From Promethearchaeota archaeon (GTDB lineage Archaea; Asgardarchaeota; Heimdallarchaeia; Hodarchaeales; Hodarchaeaceae), in assembly GCA_048938105.1 (NCBI GenBank), contig JBHLMN010000017.1, forward strand, positions 32,001 through 96,000: a stretch of 64,000 bases of DNA, read 5' to 3'. The notes below the pieces were generated by a model. That model did no database searches. It was not told the DNA's origin and worked only from the letters and a program-made list of their open reading frames with translations. A program made the translations under genes and the position numbers. Below, piece by piece: positions 48,901-58,451 of this stretch (its first letter is position 1; the number at the start of each line of letters is the position of its first letter).

Positions 48901-50036
48901 CCAACCCCATTCTCAGCCATTCTTAATGATTGAACGTCAGCACTCCAATTCGAATTATATACATCCTGAATAGCATTATAAACTGCAATGTCAACTCTTT
49001 TCATCATAGAACAAAGAATTCGACCAGGGAAAAGAAAATCTTGGTCTGCATCAACACCAATGGCATAGAAACCTCCTCCCTGTTCATTTGTTGATTCTAA
49101 GGCGCCAAATCCGCTAGCTCCAGCAGCAACATAGATTATATCCACTCCCTTCGCCCACATGGCTTCCGCGATATTTTTACCCGTTACAGGATCACCCCAC
49201 GCGCCAACAAAATCTTCAATGACCTCGATATAGCTATCATTCTTTTCATAAAACACCCCAGCCTTATAACCAGCCCAAAATTCACGAATTAATGGAATAT
49301 CCATACCTCCAATAAATCCCACTTTTCCTGTCTGGGTCATCAGACCAGCCATTGCCCCTGCAAGGAATGAGCCTTCTTGCTCCTCGAATAAAACAGACCT
49401 AACATTTCCTTGAACAACGACTTGGTCAATTAACACAATTGGCTGTGCTGGATAATTTATAGCTGTTATATTCACAGCTGATATTTGATCATATCCAATT
49501 GTAACGATTAAATCATAAATACCAGAGGCTGCATAATTGTCCAACATACCTAAATATTCGCTGCTATCAACAGGTTCTTTATAAACGAAGGTACATAATC
49601 CATCTGTTTGTGCTTTTTGAAGCCCAGCATATACCATACTATTGAAACCTAGTTCATTAATACCTTGGGCTGATGCTGCAAAGACACATGCTACATTGAT
49701 GGGAGCATTAATTTCAGTCACTTTCTGATTTGACACGGGCCGACCAGCTAATGAAGTAACAGATTCCCAGGGATAAATTACTCCTGTTTGATCAAATTGC
49801 TTCGTTGAATACAGCTTTGCTATTTTAAGTTGAAGCTTTTCTCCATTACTACCCCTAGTATTGATCCCAACGGCAAATACTAACATAAGAAGCATTATTA
49901 AGATAAATTGTTTTTTTATATTAATGTAATTTTTCACATTTATCACCTTATATCTTTCATGATATGAATCATTATTTAGGTTATGAAAAAAGCATTTTCC
50001 TGCTGTTCTATTTATTATTATTAAGAAAATGATCAA
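45921..50036 (-). CDS. Surface protein: BMP-family solute-binding domain + long NosD/pectin-lyase beta-helix + Ig-like + Thr linker + C-terminal TM (true start probably ~35-50 codons downstream)
   Basis: GFNSMVYAGL, FEEQEGSFLAG..AG..TQTGKVGFIGG, IGVDADQ, SMMKRVD (BMP); many GI.L..S..N.I..N repeats; NYWS, DGIVDNPY, DPYPL. Confidence 0.85.
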   Translation of the reverse strand: MIIFLIIINRTAGKCFFHNLNNDSYHERYKVINVKNYINIKKQFILIMLLMLVFAVGINTRGSNGEKLQLKIAKLYSTKQFDQTGVIYPWESVTSLAGRPVSNQKVTEINAPINVACVFAASAQGINELGFNSMVYAGLQKAQTDGLCTFVYKEPVDSSEYLGMLDNYAASGIYDLIVTIGYDQISAVNITAINYPAQPIVLIDQVVVQGNVRSVLFEEQEGSFLAGAMAGLMTQTGKVGFIGGMDIPLIREFWAGYKAGVFYEKNDSYIEVIEDFVGAWGDPVTGKNIAEAMWAKGVDIIYVAAGASGFGALESTNEQGGGFYAIGVDADQDFLFPGRILCSMMKRVDIAVYNAIQDVYNSNWSADVQSLRMAENGVGLSPLTYTKDEIGFDKIQEVNVTVRNKIISGEITVPTNSTNLAQWMTNMNIVTKIYTPHGFISITSDAQLNSSFPGMGTIADPIRIEGYNITTSAASPIAISDTSLYFRIANNILNGLFGSNPGIYFHNVTHGIIEENIIYHNGYDGIWVESSDYNSIINNTVYRNSWTGIKLGWSSNNNSVVNNAVFGNFEYGIWLGEGGSSNDNIIVSNMISNNKWGGINLDESSQNFIFKNLIHRNPANGITLSSSDLNIIEYNTIYKNNEGISLTSSHNTTISYNLVYNNEWVGIQLSSFSQNNTIAKNTVYDTNGDGIRLYSSSKNMICHNTAYNNILNGIRLEDDITYNKIDNNTVFGNKENGIWVYNNEGMVSSYISRNIITNNHAYWNTYDGIFILWSYENEISNNTACDNNFAGIVISESDNCIISYNIINYTVAGNNDRRGISLWECRSNYISHNIVYNSEFAIQINPYHSEENNLATYNKVFNNVNGFMIGGKNNEVTNNYIFSNELGIQVTGSDHHISFNSIDNNDWLGIWIESSTYITISSNIIYENSGGIQIDSSKNIFLSNNSVHNNNGLGIYIESSEYIVVSKNVIDGNGPDCGLNIRGTSYSIIRDNEIYNSLEDGIRIESGDGQCNFNVITGNTIYNNNRDGIVLGDLDNIKYNTISYNIIFSNPDAGIRLDGLFNNVTQNLLYDNNNGIFITGNNNRITGNTVYNHMDSGINLGSADFNEISGNDVHDNEINGINLGNSHYNIINNNTITNNPNEGIYLENSDYNTILRNHFISGPQANDDGSNNVFILNYWSGWTSPDADGDGIVDNPYPIGSENQDPYPLVSPDTHALTPPIINYPIGGEVMSGIITIQWFSVDSFDHSITYSLYYSPDGGSSWILMVSGLITTNYEWDTTTVDDDTTYRIKVVATCSLGEIKETISDLFTIQNIKPTTTTTTTTTTETKSSSSSTTTSAAPSIPVPGMTGMMVVIAIVPTIILKKLKRNNK
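46027..46091 (-). repeat. Thr/Ser-codon microrepeat encoding TTTTTTTTTETKSSSSSTTTS linker
   Basis: GTT/GTA and GAG runs on the plus strand. Confidence 0.7.
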
Positions 50037-50136
50037 TTATAGCAACATGAAATAAAGATATTCATATTAATTAATACTAACAAAATGTTATAAAAAACTT
50101 TCGAAAAAAATTATAATGAAAAATCATGAAATGATA

Positions 50137-50421
50137 TCATTTCTTTCCCATTAATCTCTCAACTTGTTGAATGTATTCTTGAGTGGTCATATCGGTACGA
50201 TTTTGATCGTGAGTAAGGGCTTCTTTCGAAACCATACGCATTCTTCGGATTCGAAGTGTATATCCAATACTCATCAGTATTAACATCCCTGAAAGGATAA
50301 TTACACCTATTAAAGGATGTAAAAACGGAAGAATATACATTACGAAGAAAAATGTTGAAATTGCAACCACGGTAACGCCAATATAATAGATATTAATCCT
50401 TGAAACCATTTTACTACTCAA
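50137..50421 (-). CDS. Small two-TM membrane protein
   Basis: 94 aa ORF, two hydrophobic segments followed by basic residues. Confidence 0.6.
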   Translation of the reverse strand: MSSKMVSRINIYYIGVTVVAISTFFFVMYILPFLHPLIGVIILSGMLILMSIGYTLRIRRMRMVSKEALTHDQNRTDMTTQEYIQQVERLMGKK

Positions 50422-50861
50422 GTTATTTTCAATTAGAATATCATTAATGTATCTTCGTTAAGACATTTTTTCTTGAACGCTCTAAAAGAACCATCAGACG
50501 CCGCTATCTGAGGCAAAATAAGACATGAATCTTGGATACGTCAAATATACTAATAATGGTAATTTTTCTATCCTCAAATTGATCCTGATTTCTTGAGTAC
50601 TAATAAATTATTCTTATAGTTCAAGGAAAACACAATAACTCCATTTATATAAAAATTAAAGAAATACAAAATCCATCTGCTTTAATGTTTTTGTATTAGA
50701 TGAAATCACTTCTTCAATTATCCTTTTTTCACCATTCTTAATGAATGGAAGGGTCTAGTTTGAATAGGTATTTAAAGAGAAAGAATCTTTCCATTCCAAA
50801 AACTATGTAAATCAAGTTTGAACTTATTCATTTTTAAAATCAAGAATCACAGTGATGTCAA

Positions 50862-51932
50862 ATGACCGATGAAAGTCAACCAAGTGGTTTTATCGGACTC
50901 TGGATAATTGAAAAAATCTCTGGAATCCCCATTTGCTCTTTATGTCCTAAGGATACGACACAGGTTGACTCGGTGCTCTTTGGTGGGTTCATGGTCGCGA
51001 TTAGAGGCATGATGAATGATCTTAATATTGGAGAATTAAGTTCTTTTAGTACCAAACGATCAAGTCTGCTTATTGCCAGCTCGGATGACGTATTTTCAGT
51101 TCTAGCTCTAGAAAAAGATATTAACACTGAGTTTTGGTATCCTACTTTACTTAGAGTACAAAAAACCGTTGAAGAACAGTATAAGCAATACAGAAAAGAT
51201 GAGATTATTATTGATACATCCATTTTTGAAAAATTAAAGCCAAGATTGCGTCAATTAATACTTTCTAACGCCAATAATTTCAATGGTTTTCAACAAAAAC
51301 TAAAATCTTCTGAATTTGACCAAATCACATCAATCGATATAGGAGACCAATATAAAGAAGGGGACTTAGAATTTTTGTTTCAGTATTTTTCTGAAGATTT
51401 GGGTAAATTAGTTTATACTTTAGTCTTAGAGGAGCCAGTTCTTATAATAGGCGATATAAAGGAGCTTGTACAAAAAGCTGTAGCCTCCATAGAATTACTT
51501 GTTCCTCATCGATTACTATCAAAAGATTATGCTGCTGAATATATTGACCCAACTGGAAAAGACCTTATTATTTGTTCCTCGCGGGTAAATTTCTTAGATG
51601 ACTATAAGGATATCACAAAGGTTGATCTAGGTAATCGTAAGATCACCTCAACGATCAGGAAGGCCCCCTCTGCTGATAATCTTATATACTCATTAAAAAT
51701 CACCCCAATAACCCAACTAGATACAGTTATTCATAGATATATAGGTAAGCTTATCGCAAAAACTGGTGAACTCATGGAATATTGTCATAAAGAAAAGGTT
51801 ACCAAAGAAGAAATCCTAAAATTCAGGAGCAATCTAAAAGTAGATGAATTAAATATTATTATTTCTAAAGTGCGAAAAACGGTTCCACAATTCGAGGATA
51901 AATTGTTTCATTTTGCTAGATCGTTTGTATAA
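50862..51932 (+). CDS. Longin (uDENN)-like plus cDENN-like domain protein
   Basis: N-terminal LWIIEKISGIPI...DSVLFGGFMVAI (longin); LFQYF..DLGKLVYTLVLEEPVLIIG...LVQKAVASIELLVP (cDENN core pattern). Confidence 0.7.
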   Translation: MTDESQPSGFIGLWIIEKISGIPICSLCPKDTTQVDSVLFGGFMVAIRGMMNDLNIGELSSFSTKRSSLLIASSDDVFSVLALEKDINTEFWYPTLLRVQKTVEEQYKQYRKDEIIIDTSIFEKLKPRLRQLILSNANNFNGFQQKLKSSEFDQITSIDIGDQYKEGDLEFLFQYFSEDLGKLVYTLVLEEPVLIIGDIKELVQKAVASIELLVPHRLLSKDYAAEYIDPTGKDLIICSSRVNFLDDYKDITKVDLGNRKITSTIRKAPSADNLIYSLKITPITQLDTVIHRYIGKLIAKTGELMEYCHKEKVTKEEILKFRSNLKVDELNIIISKVRKTVPQFEDKLFHFARSFV

Positions 51933-51993
51933 TAAAAGGCGTCAGCTTAAGATATAAGCAAGATAACAATTCTTAATAGATTCTATTAATGGA

Positions 51994-53784
51994 TCATGTA
52001 TCCTGTGATTGTTCCACAATTTCTTGAGCAACCGTGATATATTCTTTTAATTCTTTCATTCTCCTGATTTCATTCATTTCAATAAATAATTCAGGATTTA
52101 GAATCAGAATCTTTGCTACTTCAACAAGTCTGTCTCTTGACTTAGCTTTATAGAAATGCTTAATGGCGTTTGTATAATCACTATTCTTTAGAGCTTCTTC
52201 ACCTCTCAGTAAAGCTTGATGACGGATAACACGACGATTGTACAAATATGCTGCAGCAATTAAACCAAATACTAAAGAGGAACCCAGTAAAAGCTCCACA
52301 ACAGGGAATGGAGCGGGAGCAGAACTTGTAATGAGTTTAAAAACCTCACTTGAAGCAGTGTTATTATTTTTATCATTAATCAAGACTTGTGCTGAATAAT
52401 TTGATTCTGCTTGTAGATTTTCAAGAATAAAGATGTGGATCGAGAGATATTTTTGATTAATCTTGCTATTTTCACCAAGAGATTCTAATCCATATTTGAT
52501 ATTAGCTCTGACTGGTTCATTAGCGACTATTGAAATATTATAACTATTATAGGACAGCTTGATAGGATAAAGCTCAGAAATAATAGGTGGAGTAAGATCT
52601 GATCCAAGGATTGATATAATCTTTCCATTAAGAGTCCCTATGATTAAATCAACTATTGTGTCATTATTCAGGTTAGTAGCTAGTACAAAAGATAGTTGCT
52701 CTTGAGCTACTTGTTTATAGTGGACTGTATTTCCAGTGGTTTGATTAAGGACAAAAACATGACCAGAAGCTGTACAAACAACAAGATCATTTTTCAGATC
52801 TCCTGTGAACTCAATCGAGAGCATATTAGTGATATAACCTGGGATATCAGTGTTATTCCATAAGATTGCTTTATCTGAAACTCGAACAGCAACCAGTTCT
52901 CCATTATTTTTCGATAAGAATACCGTATCATTATCTCGATCAATTATTTGTATTGATTTATAGGTAAGAAGACCATAATATCCCGAATAATCGATTGAAC
53001 TTGTCTGTAAATCCAAGAAGATTACTCCATTTTCATAGCTATATGCAATCACTAGATTTAAGTATAGATCTATTGCCAAAACTTGATTATCACCAATACT
53101 TTCGTTCCATAAATCGTCTGTTCCATTAAATACGTATATCTCTCCTGATCGAGTCCCTACTAACGAATAACTTTCTTTAGTCACGATTATTGTAATTTCA
53201 GACGAAGTTGTATGGTTTGCATCCTCAACCCCTTCTGGAGTTAACCACGAAATTACCTTGTTATCTCCACCCGTAACAATGTAGAAGGGGATATCTGGAT
53301 TGTATGGAGCTTCTACTAGTACTAAACTTGATATGGCTAATGACCCAAGAGATTTTGTCCATAAAACTTGGCCAATCATGGAAATTTCAAATATGGTACC
53401 ATTAGAAAGTGAAACGTAGACACCAGATACTTCCTGTTTCCGTAAGGAATTGGGTATTAATTTCCATATGAAAACCTCTTCATTCTTCTCCAATCCAAAA
53501 GATTTATTCCAAATAATTTCATTCTTATTATAATTAAATGCTATTATTCGTGAATGAAACCCTAAAATGAATATAAAGTCACCCTTGGAGATATTACTAC
53601 CTATTTGTACAATCCCAGACACAGGTTCATCCTCTTGGATATGTACGTTTACATTTTGGTCCTCAGTGAGAAATTTTGATATAAGAAATGAATTTGAAAG
53701 CTCGACAGGATGTAATGGAGAAATTAAAGACAATCCAAGCGTGAAGATAATACAATTAATTACAAGTGAATTTCTAATATTCAC
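51994..53784 (-). CDS. Single-pass surface protein: PQQ/FG-GAP-like beta-propeller, FN3-like domain, TM, cytoplasmic TPR-like tail
   Basis: Signal peptide; G.VLW/ILW repeats; EFTGDLKNDLVV and NLNNDTIVDLII; LENLQAESNYS; TM; GEEALKNSDYTNAIKHFYKA. Confidence 0.72.
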   Translation of the reverse strand: MNIRNSLVINCIIFTLGLSLISPLHPVELSNSFLISKFLTEDQNVNVHIQEDEPVSGIVQIGSNISKGDFIFILGFHSRIIAFNYNKNEIIWNKSFGLEKNEEVFIWKLIPNSLRKQEVSGVYVSLSNGTIFEISMIGQVLWTKSLGSLAISSLVLVEAPYNPDIPFYIVTGGDNKVISWLTPEGVEDANHTTSSEITIIVTKESYSLVGTRSGEIYVFNGTDDLWNESIGDNQVLAIDLYLNLVIAYSYENGVIFLDLQTSSIDYSGYYGLLTYKSIQIIDRDNDTVFLSKNNGELVAVRVSDKAILWNNTDIPGYITNMLSIEFTGDLKNDLVVCTASGHVFVLNQTTGNTVHYKQVAQEQLSFVLATNLNNDTIVDLIIGTLNGKIISILGSDLTPPIISELYPIKLSYNSYNISIVANEPVRANIKYGLESLGENSKINQKYLSIHIFILENLQAESNYSAQVLINDKNNNTASSEVFKLITSSAPAPFPVVELLLGSSLVFGLIAAAYLYNRRVIRHQALLRGEEALKNSDYTNAIKHFYKAKSRDRLVEVAKILILNPELFIEMNEIRRMKELKEYITVAQEIVEQSQDT

Positions 53785-55790
53785 TTCTGATTCCCTTTAT
53801 TTGATTTTTTTAGAGTATATATCCGTTTTAGGAACAATAATCCAAGAATAGGGTAGAAAATCTCGAATCCAGTATGGCTACTAGTTGGGGGAGGTTCACT
53901 AGTCATTGAAGTTGAGGTAGTACTCGAGCTTGGAGCAGTCATTGCAGCAATGGTATAATATGTAAAATTGTTGATGATTCCACAACCATACCACTTGGGA
54001 AAATCTGTGAAAGTAAAATAGAGTATAGTACCGATGTACAATGAGGCGGATTCTGGCATAGTGTTCAATTCAGAAGATATTTTATTAATAACGAATTTTG
54101 TAATATCATAAACCAGGTCAAATTCCACCTTAAAATATTCTTTAGCCACATTACTGATGGGCCAATCAAATGGAGTGAAAACAGTGATTAATGAAGGATT
54201 GACTCCTTTTTGGTTATGAAATTCACAAGTAAAATAAGTATAGCCACCCATATATAGATTTATTTCATCTGGTTGAGTATTGTATTCTGGATTCACGACA
54301 TCAATCCCAAAGGTTGTTGTTGTGGTTGTTACTGTCAAACCAAAGCCATTATCCATTTGTATTCGTTCTCTAGCATCATCCTCCATATAAAATGTGGATT
54401 CAGGTAGATAAATTGTGACATTATTTTGAATGGTTCCACCCCCTGGAGATGGTGTCCCTACGAGATCATTTGGAACTTCAAGAGTGTAACTGGGAACAGC
54501 AGCAAATGGTGTATGGTTCCAGGCCCCGCTAGGAATAGAATCCTCGGTTATTAGAAGGAAGCTAGTTTCACCAATATCATAATGAGCTGTCAATCTTCCT
54601 TTGATGTAACTGAATTTACCTGAAATTTCTATTGTCTCAAACACATAATTAAACGAGACGAAATCGAGAACAGTAGCAGCGTAGATATCCTGGCCAAAAA
54701 TTACACCCCTCGTATCATCCTTAATATGTTGATCGTTTCCAAAGACATCTACACCTTTGACGGGAAGATTAACTTCTTGCCACAAGACGAACATATTTGT
54801 ATAATTGATACCGAAATTGAAGCCATTAGTTGTTTCCTCAAAACTGGGTTTATAATTGAAGGGAGTAATCTGATAAGTTTGGTTATTTAATCTCAATAAT
54901 TCATTCACAGCATCAATCAATTCTTGCGTAGTAATGGTATAACCTAAATACAGGGAATCATTCTCATCCATTTCTCGATCTGTTAAATTTGAAGAATAAG
55001 CCATTAAAGACATAAAATTATTGGTGACAAAGACATCTTCATCCCAAGGTGTGATATAATGCTGAATTAACTGTTGAAAAGGAGTACTGGCATTAATGCG
55101 GAAAATACTTGTGTTCAGAGCCTCATGAAAAGCAGGGGTGGCATAAAAAACGTTGTAATCATTTTCATCTAATAAACTACCAAAAGTAAGATTGTTTTCT
55201 ACCTTCTCTAATGCGGTATAAAAGGTGTCAATTCCAGAGTCATTTATGAAAACAGTATAGAATTGGTCATCCTTAAGCTTATTCGAATCATTGGTCAATG
55301 CATTCTCATACAACAGATCACGAATTAAATTAGGTTCTGTATTTTCAGGTACAGCTAGATCTACCTCGACCGCGAAGCAATGCTCACTAAAACAATGTCC
55401 AACGAAATCAGTGTCTTGGGTAGGGGAAGGAGAACGAATAACCACAGTAATATCTTGAGACACTACATTATTAGAATAATCAGTTATTTCTAAAGTAAAA
55501 ATAATCACCTCTCCTGGTGGTTCAGGACTACGAGTAAAGTTCAAAACACTGGATCTTATTCTACCAGATTCCACTTCTTCCCCATCTCGTTTAAGAACGT
55601 AATAATTAGGATTATCGTCAATAAGAATATATGTTAATGTAAATGGTTTGTTGGCATCTACCTCGATCACTGATTTAGGAACATATATAATTGGAACTAA
55701 AGAATCAGGGCGCGATTCACTTCTTAATCCATTTAAGCTAAGTAGTAAAAATAGAAAACAGAAAAACAGAATCTTCTTTAATAACTTCAT
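53781..55790 (-). CDS. Secreted/surface protein with Ig-like N-terminus, Ser/Thr linker and C-terminal anchor
   Basis: Signal peptide; DDNPNYY...DG...TDYSNN Ig repeat; SSSTTSTS...TGFE-TM-KK; 4 nt overlap with next gene. Confidence 0.72.
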   Translation of the reverse strand: MKLLKKILFFCFLFLLLSLNGLRSESRPDSLVPIIYVPKSVIEVDANKPFTLTYILIDDNPNYYVLKRDGEEVESGRIRSSVLNFTRSPEPPGEVIIFTLEITDYSNNVVSQDITVVIRSPSPTQDTDFVGHCFSEHCFAVEVDLAVPENTEPNLIRDLLYENALTNDSNKLKDDQFYTVFINDSGIDTFYTALEKVENNLTFGSLLDENDYNVFYATPAFHEALNTSIFRINASTPFQQLIQHYITPWDEDVFVTNNFMSLMAYSSNLTDREMDENDSLYLGYTITTQELIDAVNELLRLNNQTYQITPFNYKPSFEETTNGFNFGINYTNMFVLWQEVNLPVKGVDVFGNDQHIKDDTRGVIFGQDIYAATVLDFVSFNYVFETIEISGKFSYIKGRLTAHYDIGETSFLLITEDSIPSGAWNHTPFAAVPSYTLEVPNDLVGTPSPGGGTIQNNVTIYLPESTFYMEDDARERIQMDNGFGLTVTTTTTTFGIDVVNPEYNTQPDEINLYMGGYTYFTCEFHNQKGVNPSLITVFTPFDWPISNVAKEYFKVEFDLVYDITKFVINKISSELNTMPESASLYIGTILYFTFTDFPKWYGCGIINNFTYYTIAAMTAPSSSTTSTSMTSEPPPTSSHTGFEIFYPILGLLFLKRIYTLKKSNKGNQK

Positions 55791-56062
55791 GGGTTCTAGC
55801 TCATTAGCTATTTCTAGCAGTACTTGACATTAATCGTTATTTATTAAGTATTCTATTTTTCTTGCTTAGTTAAGGAGATAGCTCAATTCCACTAAACTTC
55901 TTTTTTTCTTGATTCAGATATTGAAAATACCTTAAAATTAGTAGATTTTACACATTTTTTAACAAGAAGATAGTTCTATCAGCTATCTGATTCTCAGGTC
56001 ATTAAAAAGAATTCACCTCTAATAAAAGTAAATAGCTCTATTTTCTAAGAGATGAATTTCTA

Positions 56063-56461
56063 ATGTACCTCGAAACCAATCAGAATGGAGAAACGATGGA
56101 TCGCTTGCATGAAATCGCGAGAATACTTCATGAACTCCAATCACGGATTCCTGACTTAGAAGGAGTCGCAGTTGTCTCTCGAGAGGGATTATCAATAGCT
56201 AGTGCGTTATTTACTACTGTTGATGAAGATCGAATAGGTGCTATGACAGCTGCCAGTCTTTCTTTATCAGATCGAATTGTCCTAGAATTAGAACGAGGCA
56301 TTATGGATCAGGTAATTATTACAGGGACAGATGGTTTAGTGATTATTCGCGAGGCTGGTGAACATGCAGTATTAGTAGGTATAGCTAAGACAAATGCCAA
56401 ATTAGGTCTGGTTCTCCTTGATATTAAACGAGCTGCTAAAAGGCTCGCTGGTCTGATTTAA
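56063..56461 (+). CDS. Roadblock/LC7 (MglB-like) protein
   Basis: EGVAVVSREGLSIAS, DRIGAMTAA, ELERG, KLGLVL. Confidence 0.92.
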   Translation: MYLETNQNGETMDRLHEIARILHELQSRIPDLEGVAVVSREGLSIASALFTTVDEDRIGAMTAASLSLSDRIVLELERGIMDQVIITGTDGLVIIREAGEHAVLVGIAKTNAKLGLVLLDIKRAAKRLAGLI

Positions 56462-56474
56462 CCAGGTGTTCTGA

Positions 56475-57101
56475 ATGAGTTTTTTCAATTCAATTCGTTC
56501 TAATCCTAATAAACCATTAAAATTAGTAGTTCTAGGCGAGGGAGGAGTGGGTAAGACGACAATTGCAAAGACTTTTGTCAATAACAGGTTTTACTCTGAA
56601 GCAACACAGACCATTGCTGTAGAATTCCATTCAAAGATTTTTTCAATAGGGATAGGTACTAACACAAAAATCCAAATCTGGGATCTAGGTGGACAAGAGC
56701 AATTTAAAAACATGAGAACTGTTTTCAGAAAATTCTGTGAAGGTGCGGATGGAGCTCTTCTGTGTTTTGATTTAACTGATATTGGATCTTTGTTTGCAAT
56801 TCCAGAATGGTTAGAATTCTTAGAAAACGATGCACAACGGTTCTTAATCGGGACAAAATATGATATTGCAATCTTTGAAGAACGAAACATCAATCTTGAA
56901 ACCTTTCAACAGAAATTTAATTGTGAATATTCCTTTAAATGTACAGCAAAAGATGTTAACTCAATAGAAAACATATTTAAACAGATTATAATCTCAATTA
57001 GAAATTACAAGGAAAAGCAGCTTGAGGGGTTATCAGAGAAAGTCATAGAGCGTCCTAAATGGATGGATTATATCCCAACATACCATAAAGAATTCGGATA
57101 A
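56475..57101 (+). CDS. Rab-like small GTPase
   Basis: G1 GEGGVGKT, G2 T, G3 WDLGGQ, G4 TKYD, G5 CTAK. Confidence 0.9.
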   Translation: MSFFNSIRSNPNKPLKLVVLGEGGVGKTTIAKTFVNNRFYSEATQTIAVEFHSKIFSIGIGTNTKIQIWDLGGQEQFKNMRTVFRKFCEGADGALLCFDLTDIGSLFAIPEWLEFLENDAQRFLIGTKYDIAIFEERNINLETFQQKFNCEYSFKCTAKDVNSIENIFKQIIISIRNYKEKQLEGLSEKVIERPKWMDYIPTYHKEFG

Positions 57102-57203
57102 GAGGTAACCCTCAATTATGATATTGTATTTAGGAAGACTTGTTAGAAGGAAAGTGAAAAGCAATACCTTTTAATAAATCAATTTTCTTTTCCTTTCAAA
57201 CAC

Positions 57204-58451
57204 ATGAAGGCCGATATTTTTAATTTAACGAGAATAACGTATGTTATAGTCCTTGGTGCTAGCATCACTAACCTCGCTGCAGGATTACTTGAACCTACGG
57301 TCGCACCATATTTGGAAATCCTCGGTGCAAGCTCTCAAGAAATTGGTACGATTTTAAGTGCGCGTTATTTAGTTGTTGCGATTGCATCTCTGCCACTCGC
57401 CCTTTTTGCGTCGCAAATAGGGCTTAAACGATTTTTGTATCTTTCAGCAATTGGTATGGTTATTGGGGGAATAATTCTATTTTCGATTGAAGGAAAAACC
57501 GCTATATTTTGGTTCTATTTGTCTATTGGCTTCGCAAGTGCCATTTTTAGCGGACCAGGGGCGGCTTTGATCGCTGAAAATACTGGTACAAAACGAATAG
57601 CAGCATTTAGCCTGTTTTTTGCGACTTGGATGATCCCAACTGCTCTTGGGGCATTAATATCGACCATTTGGTTTTGGGATATCCTTGAATATACTCCTGA
57701 AAATTTGACGAGTATTTTTCCTCTAGCGGTTTTTGTGATAATAGGAGGAAGTGTGGTTTTTATTGGTTTAATGCTTTTCGTCAATCACAAAGGAAGTACA
57801 GAAGAACTATCGACTGTTTCTGTTATCGATCAAGTTCCTATTAAGAATCAATTTCAAATATTATTCAGTCCTGTTATTGCTTTACCTTTAACTTTATTAA
57901 TTTTCTCGGAATTCTTATCAGGTGCAGGAGCAGGGTCTAGTCTTCCATATTTAACCCCCTATTTAAAAAGTATTGGCGCAACTCCAGGAGAGCTGTCCAT
58001 ATTAGTTTTTGTAATGAATGTTTTTATGGGTATAGCTACTCAATTATCTCCCATTTTAGCTAAGCGTTTTGGAGATTTGCGTGTCTTTTCCGTAACAATG
58101 ATTTTATCAGTTTCTTGTTTATTAGGAATTGTTTTTTCAACTGATTTACTTATATCAGCTTTATTTTTCATCTTCCGGGGTACTTTCGCAAATATGAACG
58201 CGCCAATAACCTCATCTCGGATGTTAACCTTCATTGAAACACGAGTACGAGCAACTGGTGTTGCAACTACTTCTACAGTCCGATGGATTGGCTGGAGTCT
58301 ATTTTCACCAATTTCAGGTGGAATAATTGACCTTTACGGATACAACATCGCGTTTACTTTCACCTCTATCATTTATATCATTGTTTTAGTGATTTTTGTC
58401 CGTGTGATCCAACGATATAAGAGTTTAGAAGAAATGAAAAACAGTGAGTAA
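57204..58451 (+). CDS. MFS transporter
   Basis: 12 TM; ASQIGLKR and LAKRFG loops; RVRATG. Confidence 0.87.
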   Translation: MKADIFNLTRITYVIVLGASITNLAAGLLEPTVAPYLEILGASSQEIGTILSARYLVVAIASLPLALFASQIGLKRFLYLSAIGMVIGGIILFSIEGKTAIFWFYLSIGFASAIFSGPGAALIAENTGTKRIAAFSLFFATWMIPTALGALISTIWFWDILEYTPENLTSIFPLAVFVIIGGSVVFIGLMLFVNHKGSTEELSTVSVIDQVPIKNQFQILFSPVIALPLTLLIFSEFLSGAGAGSSLPYLTPYLKSIGATPGELSILVFVMNVFMGIATQLSPILAKRFGDLRVFSVTMILSVSCLLGIVFSTDLLISALFFIFRGTFANMNAPITSSRMLTFIETRVRATGVATTSTVRWIGWSLFSPISGGIIDLYGYNIAFTFTSIIYIIVLVIFVRVIQRYKSLEEMKNSE

